Assembly (NCBI GenBank): GCA_035690945.1
Contig: DASSJY010000003.1
Coordinates: 8,900 to 72,899 of the forward strand
Direction of reading: 5' to 3'
DNA length: 64,000 nucleotides
DNA from: Gammaproteobacteria bacterium
Lineage (GTDB): Bacteria > Pseudomonadota > Gammaproteobacteria > Natronospirales > DASSBR01
Shown: positions 46,509-55,082 of the stretch, piece after piece
Position numbering within the stretch: position 1 is the first letter of the stretch
Layout: each line of letters begins with the position of its first letter
The notes under the pieces: generated by a model
Told to the model about the DNA's origin: nothing
What the model saw: only the letters and a program-made list of their open reading frames with translations
Databases searched by the model: none
Program-made: the position numbers and the translations under genes

Positions 46509-48639
46509 AGATCGTGCCTCGCTCTCCAAATGCCTCTTCACCGCCTTCGAGAGTGCTCATGCTGATTTGCTTCCAGTCAAGTTGGTCCGTCGCATCATCA
46601 GAATTTACCAAACTATTCATGAACGGATTGCCGGCGTAGGTGCTATATCCCTCTTTTCCGTGGTGCCGGTAAATGGAACTATAAGGAAGTGTCCGTACTG
46701 CGATATTTGCATCATGAGTCGAAATAAAGACCTTCTTGCCCGCCCGAGCACGCTCCTTAATCAGCGGCACAATGACGTCACTAATATATTCGTTACCCAA
46801 ACTTCGCTCCGGCTCATCAAGGATGTAGATTTCTTTATCTACTCCCAATTCCTTTTGCAACATCACCATGGATGACTCACCGCTCGAGGGCGAATAGGGA
46901 TTTCCGTCCAGTGCGAAGTACCGTTTGAAGAGAAGCAACTCATAAACTGTGTTGATGGTTTCTATATCCTCGATATCGTTGAGGTCCGAAACGTGCTGAA
47001 AGAGATCGTCCGCGTATGCACATTGAAGAATTTTTCGTACGGAATTGACAAACTTTTTCTGTGACCCCTTCTTTACTCCCGTCAGGCTCGAGAGAGCGCC
47101 ATCGGTAATGCTTCCCTTTTGGAAGCGGAACTCCGTCCTGAGTTGTAGTAGTCCTTTACTTGGGCCGAGACTTCCAATATGTTCAATTTGCGTAGGGAGT
47201 TCCGTGTCGACCCCTTTAATGATCTCCGCGGCGTTTAGTTCAACCTTAATTCGGTTCATGGCGTAGTCGCGGAAACCTGTAGTTGTCGGCTTGGCGGGCA
47301 TCCCCGTTTTTCGGGCAACTTCGCTGCGAAAAGTTTTAATCGCAGAATTGAGCAAGAAAATCTCTTTCCAACCTGTGAATGCCTGCCATTTGCCATCGCG
47401 CAGGCGCTGGAGTAATTTTGCTAAAATCCGCGTTACTTCCGTGAATTCATCTCCGCTTAGCATATTCAGCACAGCAGTAGACTTGGGTAGAAATTCGACA
47501 AACTCAGCGGTTCGTTTTACTGCCTCATTAAATTCGCCGAACTTGCGTTTGGCGCCGCCCTCTTCTTCTGGTTCGATATTCGTTAGCAGAATCTTCTTTG
47601 CGTTCTTGTTGGTGCTTTTCGCCGCGAAGTAAAGAACGTACTTGCTCAGGCTGGTAACTGCAACTTCATGCGCGTTCCGTAGGGCCTCGATTTCGTCGGA
47701 ACAATAGTTGATTTCGTGCGTATTGAGATTGATTGCCAAGTCCTTCCCTTTGGTATCAAAAATCTCATTGAGTCGGTCACTCGCGGATTCATAAACTCGC
47801 GCGTCGATTCCGTTCTCCGAGTAGTGTCTAGCAATGGCCTTGAGAATGCATGATTTGCCGGTTCCTTTAGCGCCGAAGATAACGTTGATGTCGTTATATA
47901 CCTTCATTTGCAGCGTCGAACCATCTTCAAATGGATGCAGAAGGAGGCTTTCGGACGTCTTTCGATCCATGGCCGTATTAATCGTCGTCGGATCTTTCTT
48001 CAATAACAGGCAAAAATGTTCGAAGCTGTCCACTGGCAGCCGAAGATCCGGAAGATCGCGAGATAGCTCTTCGTATTTTGCCCAATCTTGAAGGTCAGAC
48101 CCGTAGATAGAAGATCGCCCGTGGGATATATATATACCTGCCGAAATCGAATTGGTCACCTCTTTGATAACGCATTCGGGGTTACTTGTTTTGGTTTCCA
48201 GCGCCTCAATCGCGTCGTCCGGAAGGTTAGGTTTCTTTTGCTTGTAATGGGCGACATATAGCGGATGGAAGGCATCAAACGCCTCTACGACCTCGTCGAT
48301 CGTCGCTGTAAAGCTGTCTGGATTGGAGCCGCTAGTTAGTATTTCGACTGCCGCAGAAAGTTCCGTAGCTCGCGCGGGTGAAACGATTACCAACAAGTGG
48401 CCTCTCACGCCTCCTTCCAAGACATCGAGCTCAACCCCAGGCCAGACTTGCACCTCTCCATCTAAAAGGCTCGCCATCTGCTGATATTGAGCCAAGTCGA
48501 CAGCATTATGGTTAGTGATAGCGATGATCTTGACATCTGTGGAAAGAATCGCCCCGCAGAAATCGGATGGAGAAATCTCTCTCGTCGGCGCATCACCGGA
48601 CTTGCATTTCTTCGTGTGCGCGTGGATGTCGATCTTCAT
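46495..48639 (-). CDS. PHP-domain phosphoesterase fused to an ABC/SMC-type ATPase (Ppl-like candidate defence protein)
   Basis: PHP metal-ligand pattern: IDIHAHT, ITNHN, GVELD, GHLLVI. Walker A GAKGTGKS (res 256-263), signature-like SSGESSM, Walker B IYILDEPE and STHD near the C-terminus. AGGTGG lies 8 nt before the ATG. Confidence 0.85.
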   Translation of the reverse strand: MKIDIHAHTKKCKSGDAPTREISPSDFCGAILSTDVKIIAITNHNAVDLAQYQQMASLLDGEVQVWPGVELDVLEGGVRGHLLVIVSPARATELSAAVEILTSGSNPDSFTATIDEVVEAFDAFHPLYVAHYKQKKPNLPDDAIEALETKTSNPECVIKEVTNSISAGIYISHGRSSIYGSDLQDWAKYEELSRDLPDLRLPVDSFEHFCLLLKKDPTTINTAMDRKTSESLLLHPFEDGSTLQMKVYNDINVIFGAKGTGKSCILKAIARHYSENGIDARVYESASDRLNEIFDTKGKDLAINLNTHEINYCSDEIEALRNAHEVAVTSLSKYVLYFAAKSTNKNAKKILLTNIEPEEEGGAKRKFGEFNEAVKRTAEFVEFLPKSTAVLNMLSGDEFTEVTRILAKLLQRLRDGKWQAFTGWKEIFLLNSAIKTFRSEVARKTGMPAKPTTTGFRDYAMNRIKVELNAAEIIKGVDTELPTQIEHIGSLGPSKGLLQLRTEFRFQKGSITDGALSSLTGVKKGSQKKFVNSVRKILQCAYADDLFQHVSDLNDIEDIETINTVYELLLFKRYFALDGNPYSPSSGESSMVMLQKELGVDKEIYILDEPERSLGNEYISDVIVPLIKERARAGKKVFISTHDANIAVRTLPYSSIYRHHGKEGYSTYAGNPFMNSLVNSDDATDQLDWKQISMSTLEGGEEAFGERGTIYGHN

Positions 48640-48724
48640 GGCTACACCACCTGAAGCTGTTGGCTTCGGCTCCGTATGGAGCCCGCTTGGGGGGGGTCGC
48701 TAGGGATAACCCCTGTTCTTAGTT

Positions 48725-48753
48725 CTTATAGCCAACGACGTCGTGTAAATCAA
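48725..48753 (-). promoter_or_regulatory. Sigma70-like promoter for the PHP-ATPase gene
   Basis: The minus strand reads TTGATT-N17-TATAAG (-35 at 48753-48748, -10 at 48730-48725), about 85 nt upstream of the ATG at 48639. Confidence 0.4.
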
Positions 48754-48839
48754 CCCACAGTTGGGACGCAAGCTCGGAGGCTATAAGACGAGAACTGGAC
48801 TCCAATTGGTGGTTTTTGATCGGCCTAGGCCCTTCTGTG

Positions 48840-51800
48840 TTAGCGTCCAGTTGCGCTCGCGGACTCAGAGATGACGATCAGGCCATCGCCGTTGCGCTGG
48901 ATGCCGGGCTGAGCTGTCATATATTCGAGACCGTCGGCCATTCGCTCGCGGGTCTTCTGAGTCAGGCGCTGAAATCCCAATATTCGCATGGCCTCACGGA
49001 CTAGCGCATCTTCCGTCATGCTGACGTAGCTCTCCAGCACCTGCCTGAGCGCGTTCGCAATTTCCGGCAGCGGAATTTCGTCGGAAGAACGCTTGGCTTC
49101 CGGAACGCCGCCTGGCACACGCACCCGCCGATAGCTGATGGGATCTTGGTTGCGTCGCCATATGACTACATCGCCATCTTCGTCCGTCACAAACACGTCG
49201 GACCGGCGGAGCGCACCTTCTATACGATGGAGTAGTTTCTGGGTGACCTGCTGAAATCCCCACGCCTCGCCGACGCGACGGGCAAGAACCGGCAGCAGCA
49301 CCGGCCCTTCGACGTCTGCCACCTCGTGTATTTGCCGCACGAGCACAATATCCGAGGCGCCTTCATAGATCGCCGATTGTTCGCCGGGTACGAGGTCGAG
49401 TTGGCAGGGCTGGTATTTGGCGGTAGCCGCGGTGCGGCGCGTGGCTTGGTTGAAAACATCCCCGGCCGTTATGCGCAGTCCGTCGCTCTTAGTGGACCCA
49501 CGAGTGGCATTAGGCTCGTTCGAGAGAGCTGCAGCGGGTACTCTCGTTTCCGCCCTGGGAGGCTGTTCCAGTAGTTTGCCGAGAACCTTTTGAAGGCGGT
49601 CGATTTGCTGGGCCGGATCATGCCACCAGTCCGTGGACCAGACTCGGAGCACCGTCCAACCTAGATCCTCTAACACGGCCTGGCGAAGGCGATCACGATC
49701 GCGTGCCGTATGGGCACTGTGATAGGTAGCACCGTCGCATTCTACTGCCGCGAGATATTGCCCTGGCTTCCGAGGATCGAGGATGGCCAAGTCAATTCGG
49801 TAACCCGAGCAGCCGACTTGCGAATGGACTTGCCACCCCTTATCGAGAAGCGCCATTTTCACAGCATCTTCGAAGGGTGATTCGGTGTCGGCACCGGGGT
49901 CTACGGTGAGCTGCGAGTAGAGAGCCTGAGCGCCGCGTTCGGCGTATTCAAGAAAGCTCCGCAGGTCGGCAACTCCGCGTGAGTTGGTTCGGTTTAGATC
50001 GATGTCCGAATAACGGATACTTGAGTAGACGAGCAAAGCCTTACGCGCCCGCGTAATCGCTACGTTCAGTCGCCGCTGACCGCCCTCACGGTTGATCGCA
50101 CCAAAGCTGAGTGTGGAACGCCCGACTGCATCCTTTCCGAAGCAGATCGAAAACAAAATTACGTCCCGTTCATCACCCTGCACGTTCTCTAGATTCTTGA
50201 TAAATACCGGCTCTCGCGCGTCCTCGGCGAAATAACGGTCAAGCTCCGAGTCGCTGAGGCGCGCATTTTCCAGCAGATCCTCAATCAGTCGTTGCTGCTG
50301 AATATTGAAGGTTACGACGCCGATGGATTCGTGCTGGCGTGACGGATCGTGGAGTCGCTGAGCTATTTCGGCAACGATAGCTTCGGCTTCAGCTCGGTTG
50401 GTCCGCGACTTGCCCCGGTCATACACGGCGCCATCTACGTAACGGAACTCGACACCCATGCCTTCCAGGTATGGCGACGGAAAACTTAACAGACGGTTTT
50501 CGTAATACTCGTAATTGCTGAATGCGATCAGGCTTTCGTGGCGGCTCCGGTAATGCCATGTGAGCGGCAGAGACGGGATCCGAGCAGCCGTGCATTCTTC
50601 GAGTATGCTCTCCATGTCTGCGATTTCGTCTGGATCCGGTTCATCTCCAGCGTCGGCGGAGCGATTAAAGAAATTGGTTGGAGGCATCTGCTTGGAGTCA
50701 CCAGCGACGACCAAGCTCTTGCCGCGCGCGATGGCACCGAGTGCGTCCCATGGAGTGATCTGCGATGCTTCATCAAATACGACTACGTCAAACCAAGCGC
50801 GCCCCGCCGGCAGATACTGTGCGATCGACAAGGGGCTCATCAGGACGCACGGCGCGAGCCTGGGCAAAATGTTAGGGATGCTCTGGATAAGTTGGCGAAT
50901 CGGCATCAGGCCGCGCCGCCGCTTCGCTTGGCGCGCAAGGATTCCGATCTCTGAGTCGCCATGCGGTTCCCCGATTGGCCGGGGCACGCGCGCGGCCAAC
51001 GATGCTCGAACGTACTTGCGCGTAAGCTGGGTAAACTGGCTGTCCTGTTCGCGAAACCGTTCGAGTTTGCGCTCGTGCTCGGCGCTGAAAAAATCGCGAA
51101 CCGCGGGTTCAGTTGTCAGAGCGGTCTCAAACCACCATCGGTAAAGACTGCGTTCACAGGCCGCCGCCAGTTGGCCGCCCTCGAATGAACCGCTTTCATA
51201 GGCTGCAATCACGGGCCCGAATCCGCTTTGAATGGCACGATTTCGGGACCTGCGCCAATTGGTCCACTCACGGAGACGGCGCGCATTGGTGCTGAAGAGT
51301 CGGCAGGTGTCGATGAGGCCGCCCAAGTAATCTGCGCCGGCGCCTCCGAACCTGTCAAAATCCAGTTCCAGGGACTGCACCAGTTGATCACGTGCTTCCG
51401 TGAAAACCCGAAAGGCTTCGCGGTAAGCAATGAAGTCGCTTCCAATGGTGCCATCCGGCCGAAGAAGTTGCGGATCAGCGCATGCTATTACCGCCCAAGA
51501 ATCCCGTAGCGCGCGCGCACGCTCCGGGTCTGCATCGCTAAGGCTGAGCGCCGCGCTACGCAGACGGCCGCTCCAAATCTGTAGCCCGTGAATTTCGTCC
51601 CAGTTGCTTTCGCCGGGACGCCAGAAGCGGCCCAGCACGTGCCGCGCATCATCAGACTGCGACGAAAGCAGGTTTTCCTCCTGTTGAACTTGGACTCCCA
51701 GCGCGAGCAACGGGTCGATTGAATCGGGAGCAAGTTTTGCCTTTGTCCTTTGCGTCGCCCTAAGCGCCTTTGTGACGCGCCGCCGGAGAAGCCAAGCCTT

Positions 51801-54758
51801 CATGAACCAGCTTTGATCCGCGAGCTGCCACAGCTTGCGAAGCGCCGCCAGGTCGAGCTCAAGAATCTGCGGCTGATACTCTTGGAGGAGATCCTGCCTA
51901 AGGGCGTCGCGGCGCTTTCCATGCGCAATCCAGTCGTCAAGTTTGGCTTCGAGTTCTTTCCAGTCATCCTGCGCCAGCAGCGCGCGGGGCGGAGCGGGGC
52001 AGTCCAGAAACAGCTTTGTTAGTTCGTGCATCTGTTCGAGCTGGCGCAGCGACCAACCTTGATCCGCTAATTTGAGCCGTGTGGACACGGAGCGTGCGGC
52101 TTGCAGTAGCGCCACGATTGACTGGTGCAATTTTGCGGTGCCGTCGGCGGCATCACGGTCCAAAGCTGGCGTCCACTGCATAGCGCAGACAATGTCAAAG
52201 CGCGGGTTTCCGATTTCATCCCGGATCTTCGCGGCCGTGGCGGTTTCGTCGAGGAGTTCCAGCATGGACGATAGATTGTCGCCGTCAAGCACTTCCAGCG
52301 ATGGCCACGAAGCCGCGACAGCTGGCGCATCGTTCAGCGTCAGTAGATGGCCGATCGCGCGGTAGAGGCTGAGCCCATTGCTGCGCTGCCGATGGAGCCC
52401 TTCCACATAGTCGTTGAGAGCCGACCGCAAATCCGCGAGTTTGACCGCCTCTCGTTCCCAGTCGACTTGCGCCTGTTCCGCAGTGATTGCAAGTGGACGA
52501 GCCAGCTGCTCGACAACTTCGCGCTTCCGAGCTTTTTTGGAATGTAGTTCAAGACAGAAAGGCCCCAGTCCGACCTTATCAAGCCGATCGTAGACAACGT
52601 TCAGCGCCGCCGCTTTTTCTGATACGAATAAAACCGTTTTTCCGTTCATCAGGCACTGGGCAACAATATTTGCGATAGTCTGGGACTTGCCGGTACCTGG
52701 CGGCCCCTCCAATACGAATGTCCGACCTTCAGCAGCAGCGAAGATGGCAGCCAGTTGCGACGAGTCAGCGGGCAGAGGGCAGAACGTATCTTTTGGGTGA
52801 TACTCACGATCAAGCCGGTCCGGTTGAGGAAACTCGCCGTCGTCGCCGAAGGACTCGGTTGCGTGGTTGAGCAGATGGTCGACCACAGAGCTTTGCATGA
52901 TCAATTCCATGTGATCCTGCAGGTCCTTCCACATCAGGTATTTATTAAAGGAGAACAGCCCCAGCGCGACGCGCTCCTGAACCTCCCACCCCGGCAGGTC
53001 ACGCACTGCGTGGCGCACGATGTTGATTATTTGGGGGATGTCGACGCCTGCATCATCTGTCGGCAACGTCTCGAGTGCGCGCAGGTTGAGATCGAAGTCG
53101 CGCTCCAGTAACTGCAGTAGCGAAATATTGATGATCGTGTCGTCGTCATGGCTACACAGCGTAAAGCCGTGGTTGACGGAGCGACGGCTCAATTCAACCG
53201 GCACCAGCACCAGAGGCGCAAGACATGGCTCGCTGCGCTGCTGCGGTACCCACGACAGAAATCCAATGGCTAGATATAGCGTGTTAGCTCCGCCTTCGCT
53301 CTCCGCTTCCTTGGCGGCCCGATAGATCTCCAAAAGGTGGCGGTCCAGGCGTTCTGATCCGAGGACTGAATGCAGACGTCCGGCCTGCATTTCATCGCTG
53401 ATATATCCTTGAAGGGGGTTCTCCCCGGTGCGCGCGATGTAGACATCTGCCTGACGACCGTCGCCGCGCTCCATCAATCTCTCGTTCGGCAAGATCCGGA
53501 ACTGGCTCCCCTCCGCTAAATGATCTTCTAGGGCAGCGGGATCTGCTACCTGCAGTACGACCGTTTTCTTGCTTTCTTTGAAATTCAGCAGGCGGTTGTT
53601 TAGCGTGAGATCCAGCAACATGGCGCGCCAACGCTCGAGGCGGTTCTGCGGGGTTTCTTTTTCCGCCGCGCCCGACAGTCCATCATCCCAAGCCGGTAGG
53701 TCTGGAATGTCAAAGACCGCTTCGTTCTTGACCTTCTGGGCCGGTTCAGCAGGGGCTGTTGCGGCGTTTGCACCGCGAATCGGTAGTGGCTGGATCCGGT
53801 TATGACGTGCTCGCGCGACGTCGATGAACAGACGGAAATCCTCTTCCTCATTAAGCCGGCTACGCGCCTCAGCCACGGCGGTATTGAAGTCGACCGCACG
53901 AGTGGCGGCAGTCGATTCGAACGCGCAGATGTCGCGCATATCCACACGCTTGCGCAATGACAGGAGGTCATCACTGGCTGCAGTCTCAAATGACTCGTCG
54001 TGCAGCCAGACGCCCGGCAACGCGTGCCCGCTGAAGAAGACGATTACCGGATGAAGACCAGCTTGCTCAAGACAAGCCGAAAAAAGCAACGTGCTATCAA
54101 GGCACGTTGCAAGGCGCGTCGATTCAATCCGATCCGGCGTCCGAATCTTCTGGCCGCGCTCCTCGAAGCTGGCAGGTGGACTACAGTAAGCAATATTCGA
54201 TTGCATCACGGTGGCGTAAATCGAGGCCGCAATTGCCCAAACGCGTTTCCGATCTTGCTGCTGATAGCCGTCGAGGGCGCCGCTACCAGTGTGCTTTTCA
54301 AGAACGATCGAGGCGGCGCGAAGATACCGCTCGGTTGCTGGATGGTTCGGAAACGAAAAAGCAGCTATTAGCTCAGGGATGGATCCAATACCAGCCCATT
54401 CGTCATACGCAAGGATGTTGATGGGCAAACTCTGATGGGCTTCCGTTTGGTCGCCAGCCAAGACACTGACAGCGAGCTGACCCCGTAGTCTTTCCGCCAA
54501 GCCGCCAAGGTACCCCGGCGATAGCGTCAAGTCGACGGGTCGCAGTTCGTACGACTCGCCCGGGCTTATGCTGCTAATGCGTGTGCGATAAAGTTCCGCA
54601 AATCCCGGATCGCTCTGCACCTCGACGACGATGTTTTCGACAGTTGTTTCGCCTGTGTTTGCGAGGACGATCGAACGGATTACGGGGACCGCGTTTTGCT
54701 GTCGCGCAAAGTTTACGCGCTCATCGAATTCGACGAGTTTGATTTGAATTCGGGACAT
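48840..54758 (-). CDS. 1972-aa multidomain protein: beta-sandwich + transglutaminase-like Cys/His module, DUF4011, SF1 (Upf1/DNA2-like) helicase with large insertion, Vsr/DUF559-like endonuclease, DUF3320 (Hhe-like candidate defence protein)
   Basis: TCLDSTLLFSACLEQAGL...SGHALPGVWL (Cys219/His245). DUF4011-like LLDLTLNNRLLNFKESKKTV. Walker A LEGPPGTGKSQT (685-692), Walker B VVFDEASQ (~1327), VAGDSKQMPP, WHYRS, VQGDERDV, RRLNVAITRARK. GYRIDLAI...AVECDGATYH...GWTVLRVWSTDWW (about 1650-1712). The C-terminal segment VEGPVLLPVLARRVGEAWGF is DUF3320-like. Confidence 0.9.
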   Translation of the reverse strand: MSRIQIKLVEFDERVNFARQQNAVPVIRSIVLANTGETTVENIVVEVQSDPGFAELYRTRISSISPGESYELRPVDLTLSPGYLGGLAERLRGQLAVSVLAGDQTEAHQSLPINILAYDEWAGIGSIPELIAAFSFPNHPATERYLRAASIVLEKHTGSGALDGYQQQDRKRVWAIAASIYATVMQSNIAYCSPPASFEERGQKIRTPDRIESTRLATCLDSTLLFSACLEQAGLHPVIVFFSGHALPGVWLHDESFETAASDDLLSLRKRVDMRDICAFESTAATRAVDFNTAVAEARSRLNEEEDFRLFIDVARARHNRIQPLPIRGANAATAPAEPAQKVKNEAVFDIPDLPAWDDGLSGAAEKETPQNRLERWRAMLLDLTLNNRLLNFKESKKTVVLQVADPAALEDHLAEGSQFRILPNERLMERGDGRQADVYIARTGENPLQGYISDEMQAGRLHSVLGSERLDRHLLEIYRAAKEAESEGGANTLYLAIGFLSWVPQQRSEPCLAPLVLVPVELSRRSVNHGFTLCSHDDDTIINISLLQLLERDFDLNLRALETLPTDDAGVDIPQIINIVRHAVRDLPGWEVQERVALGLFSFNKYLMWKDLQDHMELIMQSSVVDHLLNHATESFGDDGEFPQPDRLDREYHPKDTFCPLPADSSQLAAIFAAAEGRTFVLEGPPGTGKSQTIANIVAQCLMNGKTVLFVSEKAAALNVVYDRLDKVGLGPFCLELHSKKARKREVVEQLARPLAITAEQAQVDWEREAVKLADLRSALNDYVEGLHRQRSNGLSLYRAIGHLLTLNDAPAVAASWPSLEVLDGDNLSSMLELLDETATAAKIRDEIGNPRFDIVCAMQWTPALDRDAADGTAKLHQSIVALLQAARSVSTRLKLADQGWSLRQLEQMHELTKLFLDCPAPPRALLAQDDWKELEAKLDDWIAHGKRRDALRQDLLQEYQPQILELDLAALRKLWQLADQSWFMKAWLLRRRVTKALRATQRTKAKLAPDSIDPLLALGVQVQQEENLLSSQSDDARHVLGRFWRPGESNWDEIHGLQIWSGRLRSAALSLSDADPERARALRDSWAVIACADPQLLRPDGTIGSDFIAYREAFRVFTEARDQLVQSLELDFDRFGGAGADYLGGLIDTCRLFSTNARRLREWTNWRRSRNRAIQSGFGPVIAAYESGSFEGGQLAAACERSLYRWWFETALTTEPAVRDFFSAEHERKLERFREQDSQFTQLTRKYVRASLAARVPRPIGEPHGDSEIGILARQAKRRRGLMPIRQLIQSIPNILPRLAPCVLMSPLSIAQYLPAGRAWFDVVVFDEASQITPWDALGAIARGKSLVVAGDSKQMPPTNFFNRSADAGDEPDPDEIADMESILEECTAARIPSLPLTWHYRSRHESLIAFSNYEYYENRLLSFPSPYLEGMGVEFRYVDGAVYDRGKSRTNRAEAEAIVAEIAQRLHDPSRQHESIGVVTFNIQQQRLIEDLLENARLSDSELDRYFAEDAREPVFIKNLENVQGDERDVILFSICFGKDAVGRSTLSFGAINREGGQRRLNVAITRARKALLVYSSIRYSDIDLNRTNSRGVADLRSFLEYAERGAQALYSQLTVDPGADTESPFEDAVKMALLDKGWQVHSQVGCSGYRIDLAILDPRKPGQYLAAVECDGATYHSAHTARDRDRLRQAVLEDLGWTVLRVWSTDWWHDPAQQIDRLQKVLGKLLEQPPRAETRVPAAALSNEPNATRGSTKSDGLRITAGDVFNQATRRTAATAKYQPCQLDLVPGEQSAIYEGASDIVLVRQIHEVADVEGPVLLPVLARRVGEAWGFQQVTQKLLHRIEGALRRSDVFVTDEDGDVVIWRRNQDPISYRRVRVPGGVPEAKRSSDEIPLPEIANALRQVLESYVSMTEDALVREAMRILGFQRLTQKTRERMADGLEYMTAQPGIQRNGDGLIVISESASATGR

Positions 54759-54863
54759 TGTTCCCCCCGCTTCCGACGCCGCGCGCCGCTAAAGAAATTC
54801 AGCAGCTATAGGGAAAACGCTACCACTAACGGGTGGCGCCGACAAGGAGAAGCGGGGGCTCGA

Positions 54864-54885
54864 GGCCAGTTCTCGCATTGTAGCA
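54864..54885. repeat. Direct repeat copy A (GGCCAGTTCTCGCATTGTAGCA)
   Basis: 21 of 22 nt are identical to 55852-55873 in the same orientation. It lies about 100 nt beyond the start of the giant helicase gene, at the AT-rich island edge. Confidence 0.7.
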
Positions 54886-55082
54886 GTCGGAAGCGGATTA
54901 CAGAGCCGTCGGACAGCACGAGGATGGTAGCGTAAGGTAGTACCACAGAATCGCACTTCACAACCCAGATGGGCAGTAGCGTGGCGGAGGGGTCGGAGCT
55001 TGACCTTGCACTTCCGACGCCTGTCGCGGCCGCTTGCATGGCAGGCGTTATATCCAGCCATCTCAGGCGACTCTGATGTGGC

